From Candidatus Saccharimonadota bacterium (GTDB taxonomy: Archaea > Micrarchaeota > Micrarchaeia > Micrarchaeales > Micrarchaeaceae), in assembly GCF_002214165.1 (NCBI RefSeq), contig NZ_CP019964.1:840001-872000 (forward strand): a stretch of 32,000 nucleotides of DNA. The letters are read 5' to 3'. Position numbers and translations under genes: made by a program. The notes beneath the pieces were generated by a model. The model was not told the DNA's origin, did no database searches, and was given only the letters and a program-made list of their open reading frames with translations. Of this stretch, positions 8,262 to 15,983 are shown piece after piece (position 1 is the first letter of the stretch; the number at the start of each line of letters is the position of its first letter).

Positions 8262-9164
8262 ATGCAGGATAAAACAAAAAATGTGGATAAATCAAAGGGG
8301 TTGGTATTTGAGGTAAAGCCTGAATATCTGAAGATGTTGGATACCTTATTGGACAAAAAGAGTTCAAAAGAAATTATAAATTTGCTGAAGTTGGTCGATT
8401 ATTATAATTTGAATGATGAAATCAAAAACCTAACTGCTTCTCTTATTGGAATTGCATCGCATGTCAATGATAACAACATGAATGATTTAGAGGAATATTA
8501 TAACTCCTCATTGAATGATTTCGGGAAGATGATTGATAGCCAAGTTAAAAAGATTGGTGTGGGGAAACCTGATTTTTTAAAGCTAAATAAGCAGTATGTT
8601 GAACTTAATAAGAAATTGAATGGCATATTAAAAGGCAAAAGTTATATGGATCCTCGGAAGGTGGACGAACTCCTGGACCCATTAAATTCCTTGGTTGATC
8701 AGATGAACTTGCCTAAAACTGCAGAATACCTAAAGGCTTTTGATAAGCAGATGCTTGAAAAACTTAAAAATGCATGCACAAAAGACGATAAGTTCTTTGC
8801 AGTGCCTTTTATGCTTGTCCTTTATCATTCATCCGAAAATAAGTTGTATGGCATTAGCAAGTTGAATTATATATCAGGCAAATTGGATGAATTTGCTAAA
8901 AATGGGTTGGCAGGAAATGAAATCCTTGATTATCTGCTGCATGAGATAAGGTCTAATTACGAAGATGTATTAGAGAGCGGCATTATAAAAGAGAACCCTT
9001 TCAAAGATTTAAGTAATGAATCTGTAGCATTGAACTTGCTTTTTAATTACAAATTTAGGCTGCTTTCTGTGAATGGCGAAGAGCCTAAAACATTGGAGAG
9101 CATAGAGATTGATGATTATAAATACAAAAAGATGGAAAGGGACAACAGCGATATGTACCAATGA
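8262..9164 (+). CDS. hypothetical protein (predicted all-helical, no TM segment)
   Basis: 300-aa ORF with no motif I recognise. GC is markedly lower than in neighbouring genes (about 28% in a hand-counted 60-nt line). Confidence 0.5.
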   Translation: MQDKTKNVDKSKGLVFEVKPEYLKMLDTLLDKKSSKEIINLLKLVDYYNLNDEIKNLTASLIGIASHVNDNNMNDLEEYYNSSLNDFGKMIDSQVKKIGVGKPDFLKLNKQYVELNKKLNGILKGKSYMDPRKVDELLDPLNSLVDQMNLPKTAEYLKAFDKQMLEKLKNACTKDDKFFAVPFMLVLYHSSENKLYGISKLNYISGKLDEFAKNGLAGNEILDYLLHEIRSNYEDVLESGIIKENPFKDLSNESVALNLLFNYKFRLLSVNGEEPKTLESIEIDDYKYKKMERDNSDMYQ

Positions 9165-9326
9165 TTATTTATTTCTAGTTTTAAATGAGGTTTTATATAA
9201 TAATCCAGAGTGCCTGTCAAAGCTGTATCCTCTTTTTGATTATTAATTAAGATAAAATTGCAACTGTTTTTTATTAGACTATCAGAATCAGAAAAGGGTT
9301 AAAATAAATAAAAAATACCTAGCTAA

Positions 9327-10550
9327 TTACTTGCTAGGTTTTGCAGCTTTTGGTTTGCTGTCAGCAGGCTTTTGCTGTCCAGATGGTGAAACCTTGTCCG
9401 TCCTAAGGAAGAAGGATGCCACGAACAGTATGAAGAACAACACTGCGACTACACCAATGGCTATTGATACCGAGGATGGAACGCTGAACAGGGGTCCAAG
9501 CAATGCAGGTATTATGAAAACACCAAAGTTTCCAGCTACCTGCATCAAGGATGTAGCAAATCCGGCCTTTGCAGGATCCTCTACATACTTTGTAACTCCT
9601 TCAAGCTCCATAGACCACAGTGTATCTGCGAATAACCCGAAGAAGAAAAACGCCGCTGCTATCAATGCTATATCTACGGTGTATGACAATGAATATGCCA
9701 TAACCAAGACAAACACGAATGCCAAGAATGACATTGATATGTAACCAACTTTCTCCTTGTTCGCTTTTTCAAAGACTGCAGGCAGTATTATAGTTCCAAG
9801 TGCGGATCCTATGAAGGCTAATGAACCAAATAAACCTCCGTATACTGCGGCCATTGCACCTAATTTGTGCAATAGCAATATTCCTGTTGCTATTCCTCCG
9901 AACATTACAGTAGTGGCTGGTACTATAAACCCTGAATACCAGTTGTTTACCATTCCCATCTTGAATACACCTCTCAGGGAACGCTGCTGGTACTTTGAAG
10001 GGTAATCCTTGCCTCCTACTATTATGTATATCAAAGCCAGAAGGCTTAATATGGCAGTTACTGCCAATGTGCCTCTTAAAGCTACAGATTCATAAATAAG
10101 GGGGTTAAGCAATGAACCTCCAGCCATGCCCAAGAAGAAACCTCCAAGGCTCATTCCAGTAATTGACTGTGTCTTGGTCTTATCTATAGATACAGCTACT
10201 GCACCTATAGGGGCCATTGCAAGAGGGTATGCCAAGGCAGCTATAACGCTTGCTACCAAGAATATTATATAGTCAGGGGATACAACTCTTATCACTAATC
10301 CTATGAATGATAGGACTGCAGCCAAAATTATAGTTCCTTTTAGGGAAACTTTGGCTGAAAGCCATCCTGATATAAGCCCTACAACTATGAAGGCACCTCC
10401 ATAAGCCGATGATAGTATAATCAACACTTCTGCTTCCGTTGCACTAAGCGCGTGCATCAAATAGGGTACTAGCGGGGCCAAACCGAACCATCCAAATCCG
10501 ATAGTAAATAGCAGTATCGCATAAGGCAGACTTTTAACAATCCAACTCAT
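9327..10550 (-). CDS. MFS-type transporter
   Basis: About 12 hydrophobic spans in a 6+6 layout with a central loop (KDYPSKYQQRSLRG). Lys/Pro-rich C-terminal tail. The ATG at 10550 is preferred over the TTG at 10586 used by the ORF track. Confidence 0.7.
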   Translation of the reverse strand: MSWIVKSLPYAILLFTIGFGWFGLAPLVPYLMHALSATEAEVLIILSSAYGGAFIVVGLISGWLSAKVSLKGTIILAAVLSFIGLVIRVVSPDYIIFLVASVIAALAYPLAMAPIGAVAVSIDKTKTQSITGMSLGGFFLGMAGGSLLNPLIYESVALRGTLAVTAILSLLALIYIIVGGKDYPSKYQQRSLRGVFKMGMVNNWYSGFIVPATTVMFGGIATGILLLHKLGAMAAVYGGLFGSLAFIGSALGTIILPAVFEKANKEKVGYISMSFLAFVFVLVMAYSLSYTVDIALIAAAFFFFGLFADTLWSMELEGVTKYVEDPAKAGFATSLMQVAGNFGVFIIPALLGPLFSVPSSVSIAIGVVAVLFFILFVASFFLRTDKVSPSGQQKPADSKPKAAKPSK

Positions 10551-10831
10551 ATTTGTCACTTTCGATAGTAAATTTCTTAACGGCAATTAAAAAGATTAAT
10601 TAAATATTCGTTAAAAAACGGATATGGTTCGTTAAAAGACGAATTTATAATAATAATATGCCTTTATCCGAGTGGTTGGGGAGGTTTTTCTTGACTATAA
10701 GTGAAGTACTTTAACATATCTGCGATGCAAACTTATACCCCAAGCATATTGTGATGCGGTTAGGATTGCACTGTTTTTAGCTGAAATGCTATCGATTTTA
10801 GATAGGTCCTGCTGAAAAGTTTGGTGCCTAA

Positions 10832-11404
10832 CTATGCATAGTGCTTATTTTTATTTATTCTTTCTGCGCTTGGTTTTAGCGCTTTCTTGGTGATTCCCTT
10901 TATGAAAGATTCCTTCTCTTTCATATATATTTCCTTGTTTCCGTTTGCTGCTTTTACGGCTTTCTTCTTAACATTGGCATATTCAATTCTCGCATTTTTA
11001 TGCTTGATTAAATAATCCCTAAAAGCAATTTTCTGTTTCCAATCCGACTTGTCGAACTTTACTAAATGCAGATGTGTTCGTATATTTTTGCCTTTATAGA
11101 CTGTGTCTCTCACAAAAAACAGCCTTCTTTTAGTTCCGCTGTCTTCTATGAAATCATACCCTAAATCCTTAATTAGCTCCTTGAAATCCTTAAGCCTGCA
11201 TACTTTTATTCCGATAATTATGTCAAGTATATTTTTGCCGCCCAAATCTGGGACTGCGGTACTGCCTATATGCTCTATAGATATGGTTCTCCTTCCAATG
11301 TTCTCATAGATCCTTTTCTGTTCGACTGCGAAGAAGGAGTTGTATATTGGGCTGTATCGCTTGAATACATATTTCTGCTTGCCATCAATTTCCTTGTGGT
11401 GCAT
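10832..11404 (-). CDS. GrpB family protein (nucleotidyltransferase-like, UPF0157)
   Basis: The IEHIGSTAVPDLGGKNILDIIIG motif is typical of GrpB. The track ORF (to 11500) runs into the tRNA-Ala gene, so the ATG at 11404 (MHHKEIDGK) is taken as the start. Confidence 0.7.
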   Translation of the reverse strand: MHHKEIDGKQKYVFKRYSPIYNSFFAVEQKRIYENIGRRTISIEHIGSTAVPDLGGKNILDIIIGIKVCRLKDFKELIKDLGYDFIEDSGTKRRLFFVRDTVYKGKNIRTHLHLVKFDKSDWKQKIAFRDYLIKHKNARIEYANVKKKAVKAANGNKEIYMKEKESFIKGITKKALKPSAERINKNKHYA

Positions 11405-11479
11405 ATTGTTGCCCCTGTTCCAAAAGCAGCTGCTGTCCTTATGAATCAATTTCCTGTAAATATTCAACGAAAGATTTAG

Positions 11480-11551
11480 TGGACTCTGCGGGGATCGCAC
11501 CCGCGACCTTCCGCTTGCAAAGCGGACGCTCTACTACTGAGCCAAGAGCCC
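11480..11551 (-). tRNA. tRNA-Ala (anticodon TGC)
   Basis: Reverse complement is GGGCTCTTGGCTCAGTAGTAGAGCGTCCGCTTTGCAAGCGGAAGGTCGCGGGTGCGATCCCCGCAGAGTCCA. It folds as a cloverleaf with anticodon loop TT-TGC-AA, the G3:U70 alanine identity pair and A73. No CCA is encoded. Confidence 0.93.
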
Positions 11552-11585
11552 ATCAATAATTTAGATAACGAATAATATTTAAACG

Positions 11586-12056
11586 TTATTTGGATTTTCC
11601 AGATTTCTTTGACTTTTTCTTCGCATTTGGCTTTGCCTTGGACATTTTGTTCTTGCTGCTGTTATTGGTTTTTGCCTTCTTCGGTGCTGACTTTGCGTTG
11701 TGATTCTTGGAACTTGCTTTTATTTGCTTTGCCTTTGCTGCGGTATTGGAAACAGTGTGTTTTGCTGCAGTGCTTGGCCTCTTGGTTATTGCTTTGGAAT
11801 TTGACTTTTTATGTTCACTGGCTTCTGAATGCTCTTTTGTGCTTTTGTCAAATAGGTCATCCAGAAGATTGCTTTCTAGTGCATCTGTAGCCGTTCCTTC
11901 CGCTTCCGATGGATTTGGAAGTAAAGCGTTCTCCATATTAGTTCGGTTTAGCTGGTTGTCTAATTCCTTGAGCCTCTTTATAGCCTCTATTTCTTTTCTG
12001 TTTTTGTCACTGCTGCCTTTGGCCTCTTTTTTAGCTTTCTTCTTAGGGTTGGGCAT
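11586..12056 (-). CDS. hypothetical lysine-rich, highly basic low-complexity protein
   Basis: 156 aa from the ATG at 12056 (the track start at 12080 is TTG). Both termini are K/S/A/N-rich (PNPKKKAKKEAKG ... KAKPNAKKKSKKSGKSK). The coding strand is purine-rich, which explains the open shadow frames opposite. Confidence 0.5.
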   Translation of the reverse strand: MPNPKKKAKKEAKGSSDKNRKEIEAIKRLKELDNQLNRTNMENALLPNPSEAEGTATDALESNLLDDLFDKSTKEHSEASEHKKSNSKAITKRPSTAAKHTVSNTAAKAKQIKASSKNHNAKSAPKKAKTNNSSKNKMSKAKPNAKKKSKKSGKSK

Positions 12057-12170
12057 TTTATTCACCTTGTTGAAAAACAACCTTTTATAATGAGGAGTAA
12101 GATTTATAAACTATACCTAAATTAACATATAAGTCAAGGTAATAGGCAATTTGGCAAAAGCAGTGAATTC

Positions 12171-12197
12171 AATAGAATAAATAGAATAAACAGAATA
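12171..12197. repeat. tandem 9-mer, three copies (AATAGAATA AATAGAATA AACAGAATA)
   Basis: Read directly from the sequence. Lies in the spacer between the coiled-coil gene and the Lys-rich gene. Confidence 0.8.
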
Positions 12198-12227
12198 ATT
12201 ATTTATATGGCTGAAGGAGGTGTGAAG

Positions 12228-12249
12228 AAATGGGGGATTTGCCCCATTT
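12228..12249 (-). terminator. hairpin immediately 3' of the coiled-coil gene
   Basis: AAATGGGG-GATTTG-CCCCATTT forms a perfect 8-bp stem, 3 nt after the stop at 12253-12255. On the transcribed strand it is followed by TTTCTTC. Confidence 0.35.
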
Positions 12250-12252
12250 GGA

Positions 12253-12759
12253 TCATTTCTTCTTTATCACAGCTATATCCTCGAGGTTAATCTCTTGTGT
12301 TGCCTGAGGTATAAACTTCCTCTTTGGTGCTTGTGATTCTCCTGGTCTCCTTTCTGCATTGCGCCTGTTTATCTTTAGTATCCTGCGCACCTGGTCGTAG
12401 AGATCGTCCAAGCTGTTGTTCAAATCGGCAATCTTGTTATTGTCTTCGTTTATCTTTGTCTTCAATTCTTCAATGTCCTTTACTATATATCCGGATTTCC
12501 TTTTTAGCCTCTGGAATTTGTAAAGATCGTTAAGCTGCGTGCTTATAACGTTTATTTTCCTTATTATGTCCTTTTCTTCATATAAGCTTATTCTCGCTTC
12601 GGTTGAAAGCTTGAATTCAAGCCTGTTTTTTAGCTTTTTCAGGTAAGCAAATTTCTTAGGATCTATCTGGTTGTTTTCGTCATTCACAAACTTCGATATT
12701 GCTTCTCCTTCAGCAAGCTTGTAATTTAACCTGCGCCTTAATCCTTTCACTTCAAGCAT
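12253..12759 (-). CDS. archaeal coiled-coil protein (minimal ORF from the first ATG; the frame stays open upstream to 13044)
   Basis: Heptad-rich sequence. The C-terminal INLEDIAVIKKK resembles the conserved C-terminus of the archaeal coiled-coil family (COG1340-like, from memory). See the finding on the missing start. Confidence 0.6.
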   Translation of the reverse strand: MLEVKGLRRRLNYKLAEGEAISKFVNDENNQIDPKKFAYLKKLKNRLEFKLSTEARISLYEEKDIIRKINVISTQLNDLYKFQRLKRKSGYIVKDIEELKTKINEDNNKIADLNNSLDDLYDQVRRILKINRRNAERRPGESQAPKRKFIPQATQEINLEDIAVIKKK

Positions 12760-13123
12760 TAGATTGAATTTGTCCTTTTTGACTGCGTCTATCTTCTCTT
12801 TTATGGCAAGAGCTTCTGGATTCTTGGACTCCTCTATTATGTCGTTTATAGACTTTATCTTTGGCTGGTCGGGCTTGCTGCTATCCTGCTCTTCTTGCTG
12901 CTGCCCTTTGCCATCGACAGCCTTCTCGCTGCTACTTTCAGCTTTCTCAGCTTTTACGCTCTTCCCCTTTGATAATTCTTCAGAAGAATCAACAACCGCT
13001 TCTGTCTTTTTCTTTGTATCTGCAACTTCCTTTTCTCCGTTCAGTCAATCGCCTTTATGATCATGTTGAGTTTGAGTATTAAATTAGACAAACATTTTAA
13101 AACAGCAAATTATAAATAATAGA

Positions 13124-14296
13124 TTACTTTTCCTTGTTTAATGTAGATACATATAAATTTAATAATTTATCGGTCATTTTCTCTATAGAATACTCCTTTG
13201 CTGTCCTCTCTGGTTCTTTATATGATGATTTATTATTTATAACTTTCTTTATTTTTATGGCACAGTCTTTGGCACTCATAGGCTTGAAAAGCTCTCCGTT
13301 CTTGCCGTTCACTATCAGGTTCTTCAAAGCAAGGTAATCAGCTCCGACTACGGGTGTGCCGCTTGCCAAAGCCTCCAATGAGACTATCCCCTGCGTCTCA
13401 AATGTTGATGGCAAGCATACCGCATCTGCGGTTGCGTAGTAGGATGGCAAATCCTTTTCATTTACGAAACCGACGAATTTGAATTTCTCTCCTAATCCCT
13501 TATTGGCAACCATCTCCTTGTATTTATTAAGGAGCGGCCCTGTGCCTCCTATTACAAACTTTATTTTTTCGGCTTTCAGCTGTGATGCAGCATTTATCAG
13601 AACATCTACATTTTTCTCACGGCTGAGCCTTCCTAGATAAAGCACTATACTGGCATTATCATTCTGCTTGCCCAATAGCGTTTTCCTAAGGGGCTTGCTG
13701 AATTTGGAAGGGTTGAATCTTTCAACGTCTATCCCATTAGGTATGACATTGATGTTCTTTACCTTTCTGTTGGCAAGGTATTTTTTGATCGATTCGCTAG
13801 GCACCACGGTGGCATCGCATTTGTTGTAGAAATACTTTAGGTACTTCCATGAGTATTTTATCAGGAATTTCTTCATCTGCTCATTTGAAGTTAGGTACTC
13901 CTCTATTATCTCCTTTTTGTTGAAGAGCGTGTGGAAAGACCCAATGGCAGGATAATTGTTGATCCTTGATGACATTAGCCCGTACAATCCAACGGTAAAA
14001 GGAGTCTGCAAGTGCAGTATGTCAGGATTGAATTTTCGGACTTTAAATGAAGCGGTAAAAGGAGTTAGGGAAAATATATACTGGGGGTATTTGTTGAACT
14101 TTACGCCTCTGACTATAGTTATATCTTTATTGTGCTTTACCAATTTCCTGGTCTCAGAATTCCCGACGGCTACTATGTGCACTTGGTTTCCTCTGTTCTC
14201 AAGCTCTTTCTTAAATGCGAGGATTGATGTAACTACTCCGTCAACCGCCGGCAAAAATGAATCCGTGTAGAAGACAATTTTCAGCGATTCTGACAT
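13124..14296 (-). CDS. GT4 (GT-B fold, group 1) glycosyltransferase
   Basis: 390 aa. N-terminal FYTDSFLPAVDGV. The C-terminal domain GTGPL...FVGFV...LPSTFETQGIVSLEALASGTPVVGAD carries an E-x7-E-like signature. Confidence 0.8.
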   Translation of the reverse strand: MSESLKIVFYTDSFLPAVDGVVTSILAFKKELENRGNQVHIVAVGNSETRKLVKHNKDITIVRGVKFNKYPQYIFSLTPFTASFKVRKFNPDILHLQTPFTVGLYGLMSSRINNYPAIGSFHTLFNKKEIIEEYLTSNEQMKKFLIKYSWKYLKYFYNKCDATVVPSESIKKYLANRKVKNINVIPNGIDVERFNPSKFSKPLRKTLLGKQNDNASIVLYLGRLSREKNVDVLINAASQLKAEKIKFVIGGTGPLLNKYKEMVANKGLGEKFKFVGFVNEKDLPSYYATADAVCLPSTFETQGIVSLEALASGTPVVGADYLALKNLIVNGKNGELFKPMSAKDCAIKIKKVINNKSSYKEPERTAKEYSIEKMTDKLLNLYVSTLNKEK

Positions 14297-14321
14297 GCAG
14301 TTACCAGCAATATTTGAATAT

Positions 14322-14714
14322 TTATACTACTTCAGCAGTGCTTTCGGCAGCCTTGATCTTCTCCATTGCTTTCTTGGAAAATCCTGATGCCTTTATTTTT
14401 ACCTTAAAATTTAGTTCCCCTCTGCTGAGTACCTTGTAGCCTTTTAGATCCAATGTTTCCTTTTTCTCTTTTTCTAGCATGCCGTTAATCGCATATAGGT
14501 CAATCCATTTATGCTCTTCCTGGCCCCAATGGTGGAAACCCCTCTTTCCTATCAGCTCAGGGTGCTTTGCGGTAGTCCAGGTCCATCTCGGCTTTACAGC
14601 GCCCTTTCCTACTCCTCCTCTATCTCCTGAACCTCTACCGTTCTTTATGTTGCCTAATCCCCAGTGCCTAGAACCAAAGTATTTCCTACTTCTTCTCTCC
14701 TTCCTAACTACCAT
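14322..14714 (-). CDS. rpl15: 50S ribosomal protein uL15 (L15P)
   Basis: RKYFGSRHWGLGNIKNGRGSGDRGGVGKGAVKPRWTW...GKRGFH is typical of archaeal L15. The start codon directly abuts the L30 stop. Confidence 0.9.
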   Translation of the reverse strand: MVVRKERRSRKYFGSRHWGLGNIKNGRGSGDRGGVGKGAVKPRWTWTTAKHPELIGKRGFHHWGQEEHKWIDLYAINGMLEKEKKETLDLKGYKVLSRGELNFKVKIKASGFSKKAMEKIKAAESTAEVV

Positions 14715-15134
14715 TTAAATCATCCTTGAAATAAGGCCGTTTATCTCCTCTCCCATGTACCCCAATGAACCTCCCTGCTTGAATCCAAGCTTTGTGCTCT
14801 TGAATCCGTGCCTTGGCGGGTGCAGCCTTATAGGGAGGGACTCTTTAAGCTTATCGCTGTCCTCTGCTTTTTCTAAATCCGAAGGCTTCATCTCTATGCC
14901 TCCTTTTTCCAATAACTTTGAGAGAACTTCTTCGTTTACCTCTCCATAAGCTATGTAGCTGCTGCACTTATTGATCATTCCCATATAGGAATCATTGACC
15001 TTTATCACAACGCAGTTGTTTACTCTTTTAAGCCTGAGCCTGTCAAGAGTTTCGGTTATGTCCCCTCTTACGTTTACGCGCCCCCTTATTCTGACAGCTG
15101 CTATTAGTTTGTTGTTTAGCTCTTTATCTTTCAT
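14715..15134 (-). CDS. rpl30: 50S ribosomal protein uL30 (L30P)
   Basis: LIAAVRIRGRVNVRGDITETLDRLRLKRVNNCVVIKVNDSYMGMI is the L30 core. The ATG at 15134 (MKDKELNNK) is preferred over the track start at 15188. Confidence 0.9.
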   Translation of the reverse strand: MKDKELNNKLIAAVRIRGRVNVRGDITETLDRLRLKRVNNCVVIKVNDSYMGMINKCSSYIAYGEVNEEVLSKLLEKGGIEMKPSDLEKAEDSDKLKESLPIRLHPPRHGFKSTKLGFKQGGSLGYMGEEINGLISRMI

Positions 15135-15345
15135 AAAAACACGTTTTAAATTTAAAGCTTTAAGGAATAATGTTAATTTATAATTCAATAGATATATATT
15201 TATATTTGATGGTAAAGCATTTTTTTCTCTTTCCTGTTTTAGGATGGACAGGTGAAGATTACGAATAAGTGTTCAGGTAAAAGGTTCTCCTTTGTAAGTA
15301 AGGTTTTCAAAAAGAATTTTTATTAATTAGCAGGGCAAAATTATT

Positions 15346-15352
15346 AAGGAGG
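15346..15352 (+). promoter_or_regulatory. Shine-Dalgarno-like AAGGAGG
   Basis: Lies 7 nt upstream of the ATG at 15360. Confidence 0.5.
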
Positions 15353-15359
15353 AATAAAT

Positions 15360-15950
15360 ATGGAAAACAGCGATATTGTTATATTGGGGATATGTGGAAG
15401 CCTTAGAAAAGATTCATATAATAGAGTCATACTAAATGCTGCGGCTGAATCAGGGGTTGAAGGGGTAAAATTCAAATTTGCGGACATTGGGGACCTACCC
15501 CTTTACAATCAGGACCTTGATAACAATCTGCCTGAGCCTGTCAAGAGGCTGAAGCACGATATAGAGTCTGCGGATGCGCTGCTGATTGTGACTCCGGAAT
15601 ATAACAGGTCCGTGCCAGGTCCATTGAAGAATGCTATCGACTGGGCTTCAAGGCCGTATGGAAAAAACTCTTTCGATGAAAAGCCTGTGGCAGTATTGGG
15701 CGCCACCGTAGGCAGGTTCGTTGGGACCGCATTGGTCCAGTACCATCTGAGAGGGATATTGGCTTTCATGAATGCACACCTGATGGAGAACCCACAGATG
15801 TTTATAACAGAAGTTGGCGAAAAGGTCAAAGACGGTAAGCTTGTAGATGAAGAGACCAAGGAGGGCATCAAAAAGGTAGTTGATAGCCTGAAAAAGTGGG
15901 CAATAAGGATAGCAATAGAGGAGGATGATGCAAGCGAATTTGGGCTGTAA
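15360..15950 (+). CDS. NAD(P)H-dependent FMN reductase family oxidoreductase
   Basis: ILGICGSLRKDSYN and LLIVTPEYNRSVPGPLKNAIDWASRP are signature segments of the FMN_red family. Confidence 0.8.
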   Translation: MENSDIVILGICGSLRKDSYNRVILNAAAESGVEGVKFKFADIGDLPLYNQDLDNNLPEPVKRLKHDIESADALLIVTPEYNRSVPGPLKNAIDWASRPYGKNSFDEKPVAVLGATVGRFVGTALVQYHLRGILAFMNAHLMENPQMFITEVGEKVKDGKLVDEETKEGIKKVVDSLKKWAIRIAIEEDDASEFGL

Positions 15951-15983
15951 GCCTTTATCTTTTTGAAATTTTATTTTTATATT

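Noticed and set aside
8478-8600. Local similarity between the two orphan proteins: DLEEYYNSS...IGVGKPDFLKL in the 8262 gene versus DLEKFYNSS...ITGVDDPLELVK in the 20723 gene
   Set aside because: About 7 of 9 identities, plus a weak second patch. My estimate is that roughly ten matches of this quality are expected by chance among all residue pairs in the window. Paralogy is therefore not supported without a profile search.
9331-10005. Long plus-strand ORFs antisense to the MFS transporter. Similar shadow ORFs occur at 11609..12090, 12764..13082, 21488..22399, 25603..25965, 26978..27430 and 30995..31393.
   Set aside because: Each is fully embedded opposite a gene with clear family motifs. Their sequences are low complexity or Ser/Leu/Phe-rich, as expected for the complement of purine-rich coding strands. 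No independent signals support them.
10551-10586. N-terminal extensions from TTG starts chosen by the longest-ORF rule (10586, 11500, 12080, 15188, 16871, 21336, 22857, 25487, 28155)
   Set aside because: In each case an ATG follows within 1-32 codons and gives a protein that begins where the family normally does. The 11500 extension would also overlap the tRNA-Ala gene.
10740-10830. Possible C/D box sRNA (GTGATGC ... CTGA elements). Similar weak candidates occur at 24390-24440 and 30225-30290.
   Set aside because: There is no proper RUGAUGA C box paired with a terminal CUGA D box at the spacing required for archaeal C/D sRNAs. There is also no terminal stem.
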